Part shown: piece by piece, positions 1-13,137 of the stretch
How the letters are laid out: each line of letters starts with the position of its first letter
How positions within the stretch are numbered: the stretch's first letter is position 1
Source of the DNA: Octopus vulgaris
Lineage: Eukaryota
Assembly (NCBI GenBank): GCA_951406725.2
Contig: OX597814.1
Location: 61,318,001 to 61,382,000 of the forward strand
DNA length: 64,000 nt
Direction of reading: 5' to 3'
Position numbers and translations under genes: made by a program
Notes under the pieces: model-generated
Databases searched by the model: none
Told to the model about the DNA's origin: nothing
What the model saw: only the letters and a program-made list of their open reading frames with translations

Positions 1-378
1 TGTAATGGGAAGAGACTTGACGGCCTCACCCTGTGTCCCTGGTCGCAAAGCAGATGCCTTGTCTTGGATGTCACAGTTAGCGACTCCTTTGCTTCTTCTC
101 ACAATCTGGATGCTGTAGTCAGGGCAAGATCCACAGCTTCTGCAGCTGAGCAGAACCAAATCCTGAAATACGACGATCTGTCAGCCAACTACATTTTCCA
201 TCCTGTGGCATTCAAGACGTTTGGTGGGGTCATATCACTGACTGCGAGATTCCTGTCTTCACTAGCAACTCGTCTTGCAGAGGTAACTGGTGAGGCTCAT
301 GAGGGTGCTTAGCTGTTCCAGCGTATCAGCCTTGCCATCATCCGCAGCGACGCTGTGAGTATGCTGGCGTCTCAATAG
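1..378 (+). pseudogene. 3' end of a CRE-like non-LTR retrotransposon ORF (restriction-like endonuclease domain) with a premature stop
   Basis: Frame 1 reads CNGKRLDGLTLCPWSQSRCLVLDVTVSDSF...KYDDL...FHPVAFKTFG...GA*LFQRISLAIIRSDAVSMLASQ*. This matches the RPDG-x-PW...WDVT..D / PVA.ET.G / WLFQRISLA..RGNA pattern of CRE-clade RLE domains; TAG at 310-312 replaces the expected Trp. Confidence 0.8.
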
Positions 379-1974
379 CCATTAGAAAGGTTGCCCAGCG
401 CCCCCAACTTTTCAACCCAAGGTGGTGAATTTCGTTTTTTTTTTTTCATTTTTTCTCTCTTTTCTTTCTCTTTTTTCTTTTTAATTTTTTCAATTGTGCT
501 CTCTGTTTTGTCCAGTTTTCTAGTTTGATTTTGTAAAACGGTAAACACTGTGAAGGCAATAAAAAATTCCCTATCCTCCTGAATCAAAAACAGAAATCCG
601 AAAAAAATTTTAGAAAAACAAAAACACCAGAAATGGGTGTTGTACACGCTCTTTACCTTCGCCCATTAACACCTCCCCGCCGGCACAGAACTTTTTAAAA
701 AATGTCGAATGTCTCTCCAATAAGCCTCGCATATAATTTCTTAGACCTTCCCCCTTACTGGTATGATATTGAGATAAACCGAGGGTAACTTTCTGGTGTC
801 AGTAAAAGTTTCGTACAAGAGTGTGTTGATCTCCAGTTGGTGCTGAAGTTCTCCTTAACAGCCAATACTATTCTGGTTATATTAATCTGAAGACAGACTA
901 AAAAAATACCTCACTTAAATTATTAAACTACTGTTTTCCTAAAAGTACATATATGTGCTTGGAAGAAGGAAAGGCTGGGTGCAGCTTTCTTGTTCCTTTT
1001 CTATTTACCGCTCTTTCGTATACGTTGTCTTTCTGATTTTGTTTTTTATTATTTCTAACAAGGACGAACTATTAAAGACCGAAATAAGTGAATAAGCGCC
1101 AAAGTAAATATCTTAAGACATTAATTTCTTCTCTCACTTTTCAGGTTCAGATTTCAGCTAGGTCTACTCCTTCAATCATTCTTTCGCAATCGTAACCTAG
1201 ACTTAACAGAAAAGTGACTTTTCAGAAATACAGAAATAAAGTGAATAAGCAAACATTAATATTCATATAAATATATAATTAATTATTCGTTACATTAATC
1301 AGTTGTCTAGTTGATTTTGTTATTAAAGGAAGTAAACATTATAATTACAATACACGCACATACAAACACGGATGTACATACAAATATACATACAAGTGGA
1401 GAGGTGTATGTGCATGCACGTGGAATAATAAAATGGTACGAACCTGGCTAAAAACGGGAACAATTGAAAGCGACAATAGCAAAGACGTTAGGATTATTGC
1501 AGTCATTTCGGAGGAATATCGAATACCATCAAAAATTTACAAAGGGACGTAAGTGTTGTAGTTTGGGAAAGCACATAGCAGACTGCAAAACATTCAAATC
1601 TGGTAGCAGTCGGGCTAATATAGTTATTTGCTGTTTTTCACTTATTCAAAATGAACTGGTTTATGCTCTTATCAATAAATTTTGAGGCAGATAAACAAAT
1701 ATGAGAAGAGTAAACAGAAAACAACTGATGACGGAATAATCATGTGTTTGACATTCCTGCCCTCTCTCTTCCTTCTTCTATGCGTGCGTGTATGTGTGTG
1801 TGTATGCATGCATGCATTCATGTATGTATGTCTATCTATCTAGCTAGCTAGCGTGTATAGTAAAAAAAAAGAAAAAAAAGGTCATTTGCCTGAACATTTG
1901 TTAATCAGGTGGGTCCCAAGATCGTCTATATGCCTGCAAGGCATTTGGGAACATTTGATTATTATATTGTTTAT

Positions 1975-2165
1975 GTAAGGTGGCGAGCTAGCAGAACTAT
2001 TAGCATAGCAGCATTTCGTTCGTCTTTACACTCTGAGTTCAAATTCCACCGAGGACCACTTTGCCGTTCATCCTTTCCAGATTCGATAAAATTAGTAGCA
2101 GTTGAGCACTGGATCGATGTAATCAACTTACCCCATCCCCGAAATTGCTGGCCTTGTATCAAATA
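1975..2165 (+). mobile_element. tRNA-derived SINE family B (Meta-domain-like)
   Basis: Head ggtggcgagctagcagaa, B box gagttcaaattcc, then ctttgccgttcatcctttcc...gataaaattagtagcag; many similar copies in the window. Confidence 0.8.
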
Positions 2166-2444
2166 TATCTGCACATCGAAGTTGAATATCTTATTTTGTA
2201 AGTCTGGTACTTAATCTATCGGTTCTTTTTGTCGAACCGCTAGTAACGTAAACAAACCAACAACAACTGTCAAACGGTCGTAGAAGGAACACATTCACGT
2301 ACATATGTTGAAATATATACTAGTGGATCCCATTGGAAATTTCACAGAAAGAAAAAGATTAAGAGAAGCTATTTAAGAAAGTCACAATAATATGATTAAA
2401 AAATTTTCTTCCCTCTTTCTCTCTACTTCTTCAACAAGATTTTT

Positions 2445-2855
2445 AACTCTTTTTTTACTTGTTTCAGTCATTTGACTGTGGCCATGCTGGAGCACCGTCT
2501 TTAGTCGAGCAAATCGACCCCAAGACTTATTCTTTGTAAGCCTAGTACTTATTCTATCGGTCCTTTTGCTGAACCGCTAAGAATTGGGGACATAAGCACA
2601 CCACCATCGGTTGTCAAGCGATGTTAGGGGGACAAACACAAGACATACAAACATATACACACACACATACACATATATATACACATATATACGACAGGCT
2701 TCCTTCAGTTTCCGTTTACCAAATCCACTCACAAGGCTTTGGTCGGCCTGAGGCTATTGTAGAAGACACTTGCCCAATGTGTCACACAGTGGGAATGAAC
2801 CCAGAACCATGTGGTCGGTAAACAAGTTACTTACCACACAGCCACTCCTGCACCT
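2445..2855 (-). mobile_element. tRNA-derived SINE family A (CORE-like, internal (CA)/(TA) microsatellite)
   Basis: Reverse complement begins gcaggagtggctgtgtggtaag...ggttctgggttcattccc, then ttgggcaagtgtcttc, and ends ...tgactgaaacaagtaaa; more than 10 copies or fragments in the window. Confidence 0.9.
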
Positions 2856-2864
2856 AACAAAATC

Positions 2865-2994
2865 TTAGACGGCTCGATTGGTCTTTCGCCCCTACACCAA
2901 GTTCCGATGATCGATTTGCACGTCAGAGGCACTTTGGACTTCCACCAGAGTTTCCTCTGGCTTAACCCCGACCAGGCGTGGATCGCCATCTTTC
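2865..2994 (-). pseudogene. Dispersed, diverged 28S rRNA fragment (~130 bp)
   Basis: Reverse complement gaaagatggcgatccacgcctggtcggggttaagccagaggaaactctggtggaagtcc...tgacgtgcaaatcgatc...ggggcgaaagaccaatcgagccgtcta follows the conserved eukaryotic LSU segment (gaaagatggtgaactatgcc...gccagaggaaactctggtgga...ggggcgaaagactaatcgaaccatcta). Confidence 0.9.
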
Positions 2995-3244
2995 AACATT
3001 TCTCTCTTTCTTTTCACTTCTCACTTCCACTAACCACATGAGTGACTGCATAATGCATCAACAAGCTATCTGCTCCCTCACTCACTCTCACTTTCCGTCT
3101 TCCTATCTCTCTCTCTCCACTTCTGCCATCTCCTCTTGAACAAATTAAGGTGTAAAATGTGAATGAACAGGTAGAAGAATAATACAGATTTAGTTCAATA
3201 AAGAAAATACTTTTCCTTATCAACACACCACCACCACCACCACC

Positions 3245-3570
3245 ATCATCATCATCAACATCATTGTTTAACGTCCACTCTCCATGCTAGCATGGGTTGG
3301 ACGATTTGACTGAGGACTGTAGAACCAGATGGCTGCATCAAGCTCCAATCTGATCTGGCAGACTTTCTACAGCTGGATGCCCTTCCTAACGCCAACCACT
3401 CTGAGAGTGTGGTGGGTCCTTTTACGTGCCACCGGCAAGGGGGCCAATCAGGCGGTACTGGCAACAGCCACACTCAAGTGGTGTTTTTTATGTGCCACCT
3501 GCGCTGGTGCCAGTCCAGCGGCACTGGCAACGACCTCGCTCGAATGTTTTTCACGTGCCACCGGCATATC
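3245..3570 (-). mobile_element. RTE-LINE 3' end with (GAT)n tail and ~60-bp tandem units
   Basis: Plus strand: catcat...gtttaacgtcc...ccatgctagcatgggttggacg...ctggatgcccttcctaacgccaaccactc followed by gtgccaccggca units. Confidence 0.85.
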
Positions 3571-3668
3571 ATCATCTCTATAGTTTTCAGTAACAAAGCT
3601 CATTTCATTTCAGTCCTGCAGTTTACTTTTTCTTGCTATCCCTCTATCTCTATTCTGACAATACAAAT

Positions 3669-3703
<35 letters not shown>

Positions 3704-5589
3704 GTAACTGCCTCCTCTGTCCATCTCTCTCTTTCTGTCTTTCTTTTACCTCACCACCAGAACATCACCCTCTGCTAAATATTGTATCCTTATATATCGC
3801 TTTCTCTTTACCTTTCCCTCCCCCACCCCGCTGTACTTTGTTAACACTTCTCTCTTCCTCTTTTCTCTCACTGTCATTTTCTCTTGCTCTTCACCTCACC
3901 CTTCAACTAACCACATAATGCATATGGCCTTATTATACATGTTTTTATACTTTTTCTTCACTTCTTTCTTCTATCCTCATACTTTTCCCCTCTCTCACTT
4001 TTACTCCACCTCACACTCACTCCACTTCCAACTCTCTAACTAACTAAAGTATAATGGGTGAATGAACAAGCAGATTATTATATAAGTATATATGTATATT
4101 GGAAGTTGAGCCTTATGGCAGAGATGACAAAGGACTGAGAAGATTGGTGATTTGCTGTGCTTGAAAAGACCCATCCACCTAAGTAAAATTTAGGCTCTCA
4201 AAGCATATGGCTTATCTCTACCGTGCACCGAATCTGTCCCTGATGAGTCCCTCAATCACCCATCCACATAGACACAACTCATCTTCTTAACATTTCTCCT
4301 GCAACTCATCTTCTTAACATTTTCCTTTCTATCACTTTTCTGGCTATAGCACTATTCACTCAGTTGATGTTTATGTTTAGAACTCATATTTCAACCCCCT
4401 ACTGCTCACCCATCCTGGAACCTCTAACTCTTCATTACAAATTCTCACTTTTATCCCTTATCATTTTATTTTCCACTGAATGCTTCTTTCATCTCCTTTT
4501 TCCCCTTCATACCCTACATTTTGCCAACAGTAGCCCTCCTCACATTACCTTGACTTAGCTTGTAGCCAAATTTTAGAAAGTGCTTCTTGTATATAGTTAT
4601 ACTTACTTTCTTTTTACTGTAAAACATAAACATGTCTAAAGATGAATTTTTTAAGGTTTTTATGATGTGTAACTGAATGGTTACCAGAATGTAATGGTTG
4701 TTGTCTATGTTGAAAGCAAATATGATGATGGTGACTTCAGGAAAGAAAGACACTAGCTGAAGTTGTAGATAACATATTTATTTTTCTATTACATATAATC
4801 GTTTCCTAACCAGGACGGGTAGGTGTGCATAAAAAATTAGTCGGCAAGTATGCAAGGTAAAGAGAGTTATATTTTCATGTATGAATGTTGCTGTTTGCAT
4901 GTTTAATTACTTGATGATAAAACAGGGATCAGAAGAAGATAGAGTGAATTAAGTTGAACAAATGGATAGCATAAGACTTACATGTCCTGGGTCATTTAAG
5001 CAGCAGACAGAGACAGGGTGATGTTGTCGAAACAAAAGTGAGTTAGTGAGAAGGTGAAGTAAGAGAGTAGTGGTCGAGACAACTGCATCATTGGTGAATT
5101 CCATAGTTGTCCCTCTGTGACGTTTCATTCAGCTGGTCAGCTTCTTCTCTGTTGGTCGCTCTCACTAACTGATTTTTCCTTGTAAACTGCTAGTATTTAT
5201 AATGATACAGACTAGCTAGAAAAATGGATATACCGTTTTAACTGTAGCTAAATTAATATAGTTCACACTTATTTACTTAAACTTTCTATGATATAGCAAT
5301 GTCATGGGTCAAACGGAAAATGCATTAATCAGCATTCCCTTTTAACAGAACAATAGGTTGTATGGCCAGAGAGAATTTCTAGATTCGATTTCAAATCTCA
5401 GGCAGGCCAAACAGGGTCTCTACAGATGTATAAAACTTGAAACTGAGTTTACTGATAGTTCTAATTTTGAGACTGAAGAAAAAACTATAATTTTGGCTTT
5501 CCTTAATATACTTTCTTGTAATTCAAAATGTATATGCAATAAGGCCACACCACAATCTCTCCAACCAGCTCTGTTTTTTGCACTGTTCT

Positions 5590-6500
5590 GATCTCATTCT
5601 AGCTTCTCCACCCTTCTTGTCAATGATCCTTTACCATGTGGTTCTAGGATGCCCTGATGCTCTTTTCCATTTACTTTAGTCCCACCATACAATCACTTTC
5701 TCAGTCTTGTCTGAAGACATATCCAATCCAGTTCCAGCATCTGAGTCTTATTTCATCACTGATCCTGTTGATGCTCATTGTCATCTCAGTTGTCATTTCA
5801 GACTCTCTGCAGCCACTTGATATCAAGTATTCTCCTTGAGCATGTGAATTGGAAGATGTCCATTGTTTTTTATTCTTTTTTGTCACTTTCTTGTTTTCAC
5901 ATCCTTAGAGTAATTCTGGTAGATCAATATCTTGAACAGCTTCAGCTTCCTTTTGAGGCCTATACCTTTGCCTCATCATACCTTTGTCAAATTGTAGAAT
6001 GCTCTTTGGGCTTTATATCTTCTGTTCCCCCTCTGTCTTTCTTAATTGCTGTTCCAAGCTAAACAAATTCTTTGATACCTTCCACCGCGTTGTTGCCAAT
6101 TCTCACATGAATTTGTTGTCTGGCATTATTCTTTAGTGTTTTACATTTTTCTGAGTTGTGTTTAAGGCAATTCTGTGAGGGTTCTCTGCCAGTCGGTGTG
6201 TCTTGCTCTGGATGTATTTATAGGTGGATGATAGAAATACTATGTCATCTGTGAAATTGAGAGATTTGTGTGTGCTTATTAGGTTTCATTAATGCCATTC
6301 CTATACCTTTCTTTTGATCTTCACATGACCCAGCCTACTGCCAAAAGAAACAAGAAGCCTGACATAACACATCCCTGCTTGACTCCAGTTGTGACCTTAA
6401 ATCACTTCATCTTGTCCCCATTGTCCACTACTGTGCATTCAAATTTGTTATTCATGGTCTGCACCATCCTTGTCAGTTTGTCAGGATATTTGCTTCTTTG
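5590..6500 (-). pseudogene. Decayed RTE-type LINE reverse transcriptase fragment
   Basis: Minus strand encodes VTTGVKQGCVMSGFLFLLAVGWVM (RT motif B), LNFTDDIVFLS (F/YADD-like) and RLRCWNWIGYVFRQD, with frameshifts. Confidence 0.8.
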
Positions 6501-7307
6501 ACTTTGAAAAAGCCTTCGACTCAGTCCACTGTGAAGGACAGTGGAAAATAATGAGATCATATGGCATTACTGACATTTGCAACACATAAAACAGAGTCAA
6601 TTGTAACAAATGTGTTTTATTCAGCAAGAGATCTGGGGTAGACAACATTTCTTCTGCAGTTTGAAACTCTCAAGAAAGTGTATCTGCTTAGCCCAGCATA
6701 TTAGCGAGTAACATAGAGCTGACCATGAAAGAACATGAACTTGTCTGGCAAACTTAGTAATGTTACTCAGGCATATCAAGCAACTACTCTCAGGTCATTG
6801 AATGAGGTTGGATTATAAATATTGTGCCTGAGATTAAAATAGGTTATTAAAATTATTCATTTAAAAGTCATGCCTTGAAAAAGATAGCATGCAGTTTCAG
6901 GCAATGGACTAGACTCTTATTCATTGGAGTGTCTTGTATTCCCAGCCAAAAACAAAAGTAAAATGGAAGAGATACAGAGTTAAAAGTCCCCTTTCACATA
7001 CGCACATATATGCATGCACACACACATACATGCACATGCAAAAATTACTATATAATTTATTCTTTCATTGTTTCAAGTTAAATTTTCACATATATATGTA
7101 ATTATCAGATCATGTTTACTTACAGTATTCTACCAATATCTGTAAAATATTGAGAAACAATTACATTTCAAACACATGAAGAGAGTATATAGTGGCACAT
7201 TGTCTCTAATAAAATTATTTATCTATAAATCATATCTTCAGAAAATTAGTAGAAATTCATATGTATGTATGTGTATTTATGTGGGTGTATGTATGTATGT
7301 ATGTATG

Positions 7308-7371
<64 letters not shown>

Positions 7372-7669
7372 TGCATAGATTTATATTCATATAGATATAC
7401 GTATATGCATATAGTTGATTGAAGCTAAATTTTTTATCTCAAGTTTCATGCACAGTCACATGATTTAAGTCATAAGACAAAAATTAAATAAACTATGTGT
7501 ATATATTTATATGGATATAAACATATGCATATATACATAGTGATTGCTCTGTCTTTAATGACGATTCCCATCTCTCTGAGCTTCTTCATTGGCAGTGACA
7601 TTTCTGACATTCTGTCTATGACCTCTTAGATGACTATTCAGTGCTGCTGCAGATCAGCATGGTCTAAAA

Positions 7670-8068
7670 CACTGGTCCTCAACAGGGGTCCATATAAGAT
7701 TTTTGAGGGTCCATGTAACAAAATAGTAAACTGGTAAACTGGGGACCTGCAATAGTGTTTTAAGGGCCCTGAAAAAATTTAGTTTTAGGTGTATGTATCA
7801 GTATGAATTGTAAGAAACAGCTACGCTTCTTTATCTAACATTTTACTTAGTTCAACCTACACAAGTTAATGTGTGTAAAACAAAATAGGAATTTTGAAAG
7901 AAGTTTTCAAGAGTGGCTATGTGGTGAGTAGCTTGCTTACCAACCACATGGTTCCTGGTTCAGTCCCAATGCATGGCACTTTGGGCAAGTGTCTTCTACT
8001 ATAGCCTCAGGTCAACCAAAGCCTTGTGAGTGGATTTGGTAGACTGAAGCTGAAAGAAGCCCGTCATA

Positions 8069-8129
<61 letters not shown>

Positions 8130-8495
8130 TTGTGTGTCTGTGTTTGTCCCCCCAACATTGTTTGACAACCAATGCTGATGTGTTTACGTCCCCCATAACA
8201 TGGCAGTTCAGCAAAAGAGACCGATAGAATAAGTACTAGGCTTACAAAGAATAAGTCCTGGGGTCAATTTGCTCGACTAAAGGCGGTGCTCCAGCATGGC
8301 AGCAGTCAAAATGACTGAAACAAGTAAAAGAGTAAGAGTAAAAGAGTTTTTAAACATCAAATGGCTATGGAGGTCCACCAGAATAAAATAGTAATCAAAG
8401 GGGTCCACAGGTAAAAAAATGGTTGAGAAAAAAATTGAGGAAAATGGTTGAGAAAAAATAGTAAACAAAGGGGTCCATGGGTAAAAAATGGTTTA
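7670..8495. mobile_element. hAT-like MITE interrupted by a family A SINE (SINE ~7910-8340, +)
   Basis: Left end cactggtcctcaac resembles the cagtggttctcaa-type TIR; right portion is the reverse complement of the MITE at 55281-55921. Confidence 0.7.
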
Positions 8496-9023
8496 AAGCA
8501 TAAGTGACAGATGAAAGTTGTAACTCTCACTAGATTAATTGGATCACTCTGTGAAATATGAACCTTACGAACCACCATGTGTAACTTCAGGCCCAAAATC
8601 AACTTGCAAGCCCTTTCACACACTACAAATATCAAATCAACTGATCTAGGAGGAAGTCATTGCATACAGTTGATCTTTATGGGACTTCAGATGATTGGCA
8701 TACCTGGCCTTCAAAGGGAGTATATGGCCACATATTTCACACCTCCAGCCCTGTATGTTCTCAATGAGATCCTGATGAGAAGCCCCTCTGAAGCCAGTGT
8801 TTTAGGCTTTCAAGCTCAAGGTAACCCTCTTCAAAAGTTTTATGACCTTCCTTTATACACTTCCTTCACTCAGTACTTTCCAAAGCTAGTTCTTCCCAAC
8901 TCTTTACATTGACCTGCAGTTCCTTCAGCTCATCTTTTATGCAGTCTTTGTACCTTTTTCGTGGTTTGTGTTATGGATAATTTTCAGTGCACAACTCACC
9001 ATACAACAGTTACTTTATCATGT

Positions 9024-9063
<40 letters not shown>

Positions 9064-9619
9064 TCTGCAACATATATTAAGCACACCTCTTTCATTCATT
9101 CAACATAAATCAGTATTCATATCAATGCACACATGCATGTGTGTGTGTGCATGTGTGTGTGTGCATGTGTTTGTGTGTGTGTGTGTGTGTGTGTGCGTGT
9201 GTGTGTGTACACTTACATATGTAGGTAAAGGATGTCCTTGTTTATAATAGCAAGGGTACTAATAGACAAAATAAAAAGCTTGATACTTCAGGAAGTAGAG
9301 TTAAATATATTAATTTATTTAAGTATTAGTAGTTTACAGGCTTATAAATCTTTTTCAGATCAAAGCAGACTCATGCATTTATGCATACTCATAAGTGGCC
9401 TTTGGCAGAGCCATTAAATTGTTGCTTAAAATGCATTGCACATACTCATCTGACACTTTCGTGTAGACTTACCATGCATTTGCAACAAAGGGATATCACA
9501 AAGCATAACACAATGAAACAAAATTAGATAGGAAAATACTTAATGATAATATTTACTCTATAAAATTCCTCACAAAAATAGAAGATTAATCATGGAAACC
9601 ATATTCATATTACAATATA

Positions 9620-9832
9620 ATCCTTTCTACCAAAGGCACAAGGCCTGAAATTTTGGGGGAGGGTGTTAGTTGATTACATCGACCACAGTGTTTCACTGGT
9701 ACTTAATTTATTAACCTCAAAAGGATGAAAGGCAAAGTCAACCTCGGTTGAACTTGAGCTCAAAATGTAGCAACAGGCAAAATACCAGTAAGCAATTTGT
9801 CCAGCATGCCAACGATTCTGCCAGCTCACCAC
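9620..9832 (-). mobile_element. SINE family B
   Basis: aaaggatgaaaggcaaagtcaacctcgg...ttctgccagctcacc (reverse complement of the family B head and body). Confidence 0.85.
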
Positions 9833-10192
9833 CAAAGTAAACATGCAAACATTATACACATAAGAAAAAAATTAACATGTGGCTACTGATATAAATAGGT
9901 AGTGGTAAAAATTTAATCAAAACAAACAAATCAATATGTGATTGGTGCTGGATGAGACTAATAATCAAGAACCTTTGGCAGGTAAGTCTCTAGATGAATT
10001 TAACTAGTATATTAGAAACAACACAGGTGCCAAGTATATTCATTTCTTGTTAATGTAACTGAATGAAACATCGAATATATTTGTAGCAACTTTATCATTC
10101 AAAATTAAGAGTAAAAAAATATGGAAAGTTTAAAACAAAAGAAATAAAACTTGAACACAGTTGTGCTTTTTAATGAAACTTATACATATATA

Positions 10193-11060
10193 TCATCATC
10201 ATCATCATCATCTTTTAACATCCATTCTCCATGCTGGCATGATTTGGATGGTTTGATAGAAGTTGGCCAGCTGGAGAGCTGCCCAGGTTCCATTTGTCTG
10301 TTATGACATGGTTTCTGCAGCTGAATGCCCTTCATAATGCTAATCCCTTTGCATAGTGTACTGAGTGTTTTTTTTCATGGCACAATCATGGGCCCTTTTA
10401 TGTGACATCAGCACAACTATTTTTATGTGGCAGCAGCATGGGCACTTTTACATGGTATTGATACAGGTGCTTTTATGTGACACTAGTGTGGGTACTTTTA
10501 CATAGCACCAGCACACAGGAGCTTGCAAGACTCTGCTGAGAGAGGGATGTAGAAGAAATGCAGGTATGCATGGACAGCCACGGTTTTACTTATCTTGATG
10601 AGTGTTCTCAAGCACAGCAAACTGCCAAATGTTTCAGTCCCTTGTCATCTCCTCAGTGAGGTCTAATGTCTAAAGATCCTTCTCACCACTTCATCCCACA
10701 TCTTTCTGGATCTACCCCTTCCACTGATTCTCTCCACAATTAGCAATCAGCATATCTTGATGCAGTTGTCCTCATCCTATGTATCACATGACCATACTAG
10801 CACAGTCTTCTATCACGCACACTACATCTCATGCCTTACATACCCAGTTATCCTGTTAAATCATATACACTCTATTGTACATGCAAGTTGACATTACCCA
10901 TCCAGCAAAGCATGCTGGCTTCATTTCTTTCGAGCCTTCGCATGTCCTCAGTAGTCACAGGCCATGTGGCTGGTCATGCACAGGCATCATATAATCTGCC
11001 TTTCACTCTGAGGAAGAGGCCCTTCATTACCAACAAAGGTAGCAGTTCTCCAAGCTTTGT
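10193..11060 (-). mobile_element. Old RTE LINE 3' portion (ORF C-terminus, degenerate tandem units, tail)
   Basis: (CAT)n tail on plus, degenerate ttttatgtggcaccagca units, and minus-strand remnants of the GRGRPRK.WDEVVRKDL C-terminus. Confidence 0.75.
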
Positions 11061-11241
11061 CCATATATATAATGGATTCTCTCATCATGAATGACAAATG
11101 AGGGTTCTGTAAAATAAAGTGGTAATCATGTTCTATAGACATGGATGTCTCTTGAGGCTTGCTGGTGCCTTGGAAATCTTTTGGTGAATGGAGCAAGTTG
11201 GTGACTCAGTTTACTATGTGTTTTCTGATCTTTGCCCATAT

Positions 11242-11275
<34 letters not shown>

Positions 11276-11307
11276 AGAGTGTTTGAAGTGGTGTACAGAT
11301 ATTATAT

Positions 11308-11737
11308 ATTGAAAAAAAGGAGGCAGTCAGAATATTGGATAATCCTTTATTAGTGCTTTCATTCGTTTACGAACCGGACAAGACAAAATCAAAATCATAA
11401 TAGTAAAAACAGAATGTTTCGTTGTTCATTTATATGAATGGGATGTTTTTTTTTTGTTTTGTTTAGAAGAGAATATTGTTTTTGGTTTTTGGAAAAAAGG
11501 AAAGAGAGAAAGAAAGAAATGAAAAGCAGTGGAGGTGGGTGAAATAGACAGAGAGATGGTTTTAGGACAATCAAGAAAGAGGAGAAAAAAATAATAATAA
11601 TAAAGGATGGGGTAAGGATAGATGAACAACGGAATGGGTTTTTTTTACCATTTTGATTTTGTCTTGATGAGTTCTTAAACAAATGAAAGTGCTAATAAAT
11701 TATTATCCAAAATTCTGACTGCCTCCTTTTCTTCAAT
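11308..11737. repeat. ~120-bp inverted repeat pair carrying a degenerate hammerhead-like motif (probable Penelope-like element ends)
   Basis: 11308-11429 is the reverse complement of 11621-11737; right arm has TTGATGA-gttcttaaacaaat-GAAA-gtgc-TA. Confidence 0.75.
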
Positions 11738-12034
11738 GCCCAGTGGTTAGGGCAGCGGACTCGCGGTCGTAGGATCGCGGTTTCGATTCCCAGACCGGGC
11801 ATTGTGAGTGTTTATTGAGTGAAAACACTTAAAGCTACAGGAGGCTCCGGCAGGGGTGGGGGGACGATCCCTGCTGTACTCTTTCGCTGCAACTTTCTCT
11901 CACTCTTCCTTCTGTTGGCCTGCTCGCTTAGCCAGTGGGGTGGCATCATTTGAAGGCTAAAACAATGCCAAGCGCATTGTGACCAGCGATGTGTAGCAGC
12001 ATCTGATAACCTGGTCAGTCACGTGATCACGTGA
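11738..12034 (+). mobile_element. tRNA-derived SINE family D (CpG-rich, relatively young)
   Basis: A-box remnant gcccagtggttagg, TCG anticodon-like loop, B box ggtttcgattccc, and a tcacgtga-repeat tail. Confidence 0.8.
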
Positions 12035-12044
12035 CATATATATA

Positions 12045-12217
12045 TAGTCTCAAATTTTTGCACAAGGCATACATTGGCCCCAGTTTCAACTGGTACTTAT
12101 TTTATCAACCCTGAAAGAATTAAATCTCTGTGAAATTTGAATGCGGAAAGTAAAGAGTTAGAAGAAATGCCACTAAGCATTTTGTCAGATGTGCTAACAA
12201 TTCTGCCAGCTCACCTT
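12045..12217 (-). mobile_element. SINE family B (degenerate)
   Basis: tggtacttattttatcaaccctgaaag...ttctgccagctcacctt. Confidence 0.75.
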
Positions 12218-13104
12218 ATATATCATGTGTGTGTATGTGTGTGTATTTATATATGTATGTATATATGAGTGTATGTATATGTGCATGTATTTATGTACAT
12301 ATGAATAAATGAATATGTGTGTGTGTATAGTTACATAAACATATATATTTAGGCATGTGTGGTGGTGGTGGGGGAGTCATATATTCTAATTTTTTATTTG
12401 TCCTCATTTAACATTTACTATCGTTTGACCTAATTTCACTGGTATATTTATATTTTTACCTCTATTACTCAATCCTACAGTGTTTTCCATTGATCAAAAT
12501 ACAGGATCAATACAATTGTGTATTCACAGGAGAAGAGACCCACTATATGTTTGCTTGACCAGTAGGAAATAGCAGCCAAATCTAATCTCAACTCATACTA
12601 CACTACTTTTAAAAATGAAAGGACAAATTAAATAATGTTGTCCATAATAGTCCATGCAAGACATTTCTGATCCAAGGTCAACTAAATCAAGATTAGCATA
12701 GAGTTAAACTTGTAAAACACACACATTATATATACATACACATATAGCTGTGTGTGTGTGTGTGTATGTGTACATGCACTTATATATTTCATGTAATGTT
12801 CATTTATACAAAGGCTAAACAACCAATCTGAACCATGATTTCATTCAGTTGGCTTTTTGCTGACTTGTAAGTGTTAGCAGATTGAGCTCATATATGCCAT
12901 TGAACCATCAACCCAATACTCTCTCTCTCTCTCTTTACAAATATGTCATCATCATCATTTAACATCTGCTTTCCATACTGGCATGCGTTGGATAATTTGA
13001 TAGGAGCTCATACAGCCGAGTGCCACACTAGGCTCCATTGTCTGTTCTGGTATGATTTCTATGGCTGGATGCCCTTCCTAGCAGCAAATATATATGTGCA
13101 TATA

Positions 13105-13137
<33 letters not shown>

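Noticed and set aside
4234-4260. CTGATGAGTCC hammerhead-like start
   Set aside because: No closing stem II or GAAA follows.
7176-7394. ORFs with YIYI, CVCV, HTHT, poly-H or poly-N runs throughout the window
   Set aside because: Translations of (TA)n, (TG)n, (CAT)n and (TTA)n microsatellites.
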